Of a stretch of 64,000 nt of DNA, positions 62,601 to 64,000 are shown piece after piece. The notes under the pieces are model-generated. The model was not told the DNA's origin and made no database searches. It saw only the letters and a program-made list of their open reading frames with translations. The stretch comes from Oikopleura dioica (Eukaryota > Animalia > Chordata): NCBI GenBank assembly GCA_907165135.1, contig OU015568.1, forward strand, positions 6,820,001-6,884,000, in the 5' to 3' direction. The translations under genes were made by a program, and so were the position numbers. Numbering within the stretch: position 1 is the stretch's first letter; each line of letters starts with the position of its first letter.

Positions 62601-63574
62601 TGAAATTAGCGATGGAAGTCGACCAAATGAAGAAATCGCAAATTAAACAGGCGCAATTAATCGATGTTCTTACTAAGGAGCTCATGGCTACTTCCAACAA
62701 AGTTGAAGCTTTGGAAAATAGCGCAAAGTAAGTCTATCTATTCCTTCCTTTATTTGGGTTCTACTGAATCAAAGTAACTATTAAAGGTTTATCATCGCTA
62801 ATTTTATGGGCTAGGCTCGACAACCTGTGTAGAAAGCCTGAGTCAGGTTCCTGAAAAAGCTTAAATAAAAAGCCGCATATTATATATATTAGTATGTGGT
62901 TTTTTACTGTAGCTCTTTCAGGACCCTGACTCAGGTTTTCTACGCAGGTTGTCGAGCCAAGCCCATAAAATCAGCGATGGTAAACCCTTAATTGTTACTT
63001 TGACGGGTTCACCCACTGCGGAGTAGAATGTTAATAAAAGTCATCTTATATATTTAATTCATATCAAATTTCCCCTTCGGTCCCCTATCATACCAGATAA
63101 GAAAATTGAGTCCTTTCGAATTCATGATTCTAATTTCTTTCCTAAAGTTGTATTTTCTATCAAAACACGCTTTGCGAAGCGTGAAATTGTTATCTTCACT
63201 TTCTTTTTAGAGTGCGTACTATTTCTATATTTCGCTATACATATGTATAATGGTCAAATCGGCTAGTGTAGTGTTTTGTACTGGCACGGCCTTATCAAGC
63301 TGTACCAAATCAGCCGTGAATATAATTTCGCTCCCATTCCATTTTTATGTAGCGCAAAATAATTTTGTTCTAACTGTCATCTTTCAGGAACACTCCAAAC
63401 GATCCAGTTGGAAATACCGTCGGCGACCTCGTGAGCCTACTGAAAAAGCCCGAAAACATGCAAAAAATGACCGAGCAGAAACCTCTCCCGAAAATGACGA
63501 CTTTGGACGTTGACGATTGCGACATTGCTGCCCTTGTCGACGCCATTGGCGATCAAATGTCAAAGCAGAAATGA
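59678..63574 (+). CDS. Putative transcription factor with a pogo/Brinker-type HTH and a C-terminal coiled coil (about 10 exons)
   Basis: Spliced product KKRRGNYASYTPQQRIEIGAFSIEYGTGKASKQFALPESTARGFRDK. QAAAAQQQ and Ser-rich regions. The later exons join in phase, and the last exon (63389-63574) is reached via AA|gtaagt...tttcag|G. Confidence 0.65.
62066..62220. mobile_element. MITE, family A (diverged copy) in an intron
   Basis: Inverted arms cttgacaaccggtgcgcaaatcctggctcaggacccaaaatatcttcaatgaaaagcc / ggcttttcattgaagctatcttgggtcctgagtcaggatttgggcacaggttgtcaa. Confidence 0.7.
62769..63003. mobile_element. Family A MITE (62814-62958) embedded in an additional 45-bp inverted-repeat pair
   Basis: Outer arms tcaaagtaactattaaaggtttatcatcgctaattttatgggct / agcccataaaatcagcgatggtaaacccttaattgttactttga are absent from the other family A copies. 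Confidence 0.75.
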
Positions 63575-64000
63575 AACACACATTTTCAAACTGACTAGCC
63601 ACCACGAAACTTCATTCTTTATCAATTTTTCCATATTTTGTCTATTTTTTAAACTCAAAAACCGTCTACGCGAAGCTTGTACTAAACGCTAAACCTTGCT
63701 AATACAGTAATACTGCAATACCCGAATCTACTGTTGGAGAAAGTCACTACTGTCGCGAAAGTTAATTTTCTTTACTTATTTCTTTATATATTTTTCCCCA
63801 TTCCATTACGTTCAAAAATCAACTTGTAAATTCATTTTCATCGTGCAGAAAAAAAAACGATTCAAAAAGTTTAAATTTTAAACTATTTCCTGTAATGTAA
63901 CTTTGAAAATTTGGACATTTGTCCACAGAAAAGTATCTTCACTTTTTTTACTTTTACATATTCTTCCCTTATTATACTATTTTGCTCTTTTTTTTAAATA

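Overview
Eukaryotic, extremely compact genomic DNA. Introns are mostly 35-55 nt, several have non-canonical GA/GC donors, and same-strand genes are separated by as little as 2-54 nt with an AG acceptor just before each ATG. This strongly suggests the appendicularian tunicate Oikopleura dioica (inference; no database check was possible). 1-26 kb is an accessory region. It holds secreted or membrane genes (modular GH9 cellulase, carbohydrate sulfotransferase, ZP-domain protein, C-type lectin, Lys-rich secreted protein, two paralogous small single-pass proteins, SLC43-like transporter, two PDZ paralogues), a tRNA-Ala and many non-autonomous DNA transposons (hAT, foldback/MULE-like, piggyBac-like). 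26-56 kb is a run of mostly + strand housekeeping genes that looks operon-like: MED10, GPKOW, SPT5, TMX2, CEP131, MRPS16, COASY, DIS3L2-like, IMPA, QTRT2, U2AF2, GALE. Three of these host antisense genes in long introns. 57-64 kb has MITEs and an HTH-type transcription factor. Top signals: (1) a hAT MITE inside a conserved SLC43 coding stretch whose 8-bp TSD plus TIR create a GC-AG intron that would restore the exon exactly (introner-like intron gain); (2) a hairpin-type hAT excision footprint that frameshifts the GH9 gene and also creates a possible 32-nt frame-restoring cryptic intron; (3) an RNase II/DIS3L2-type enzyme with about four N-terminal RRM-like modules. All exon structures were worked out by hand and are unverified.
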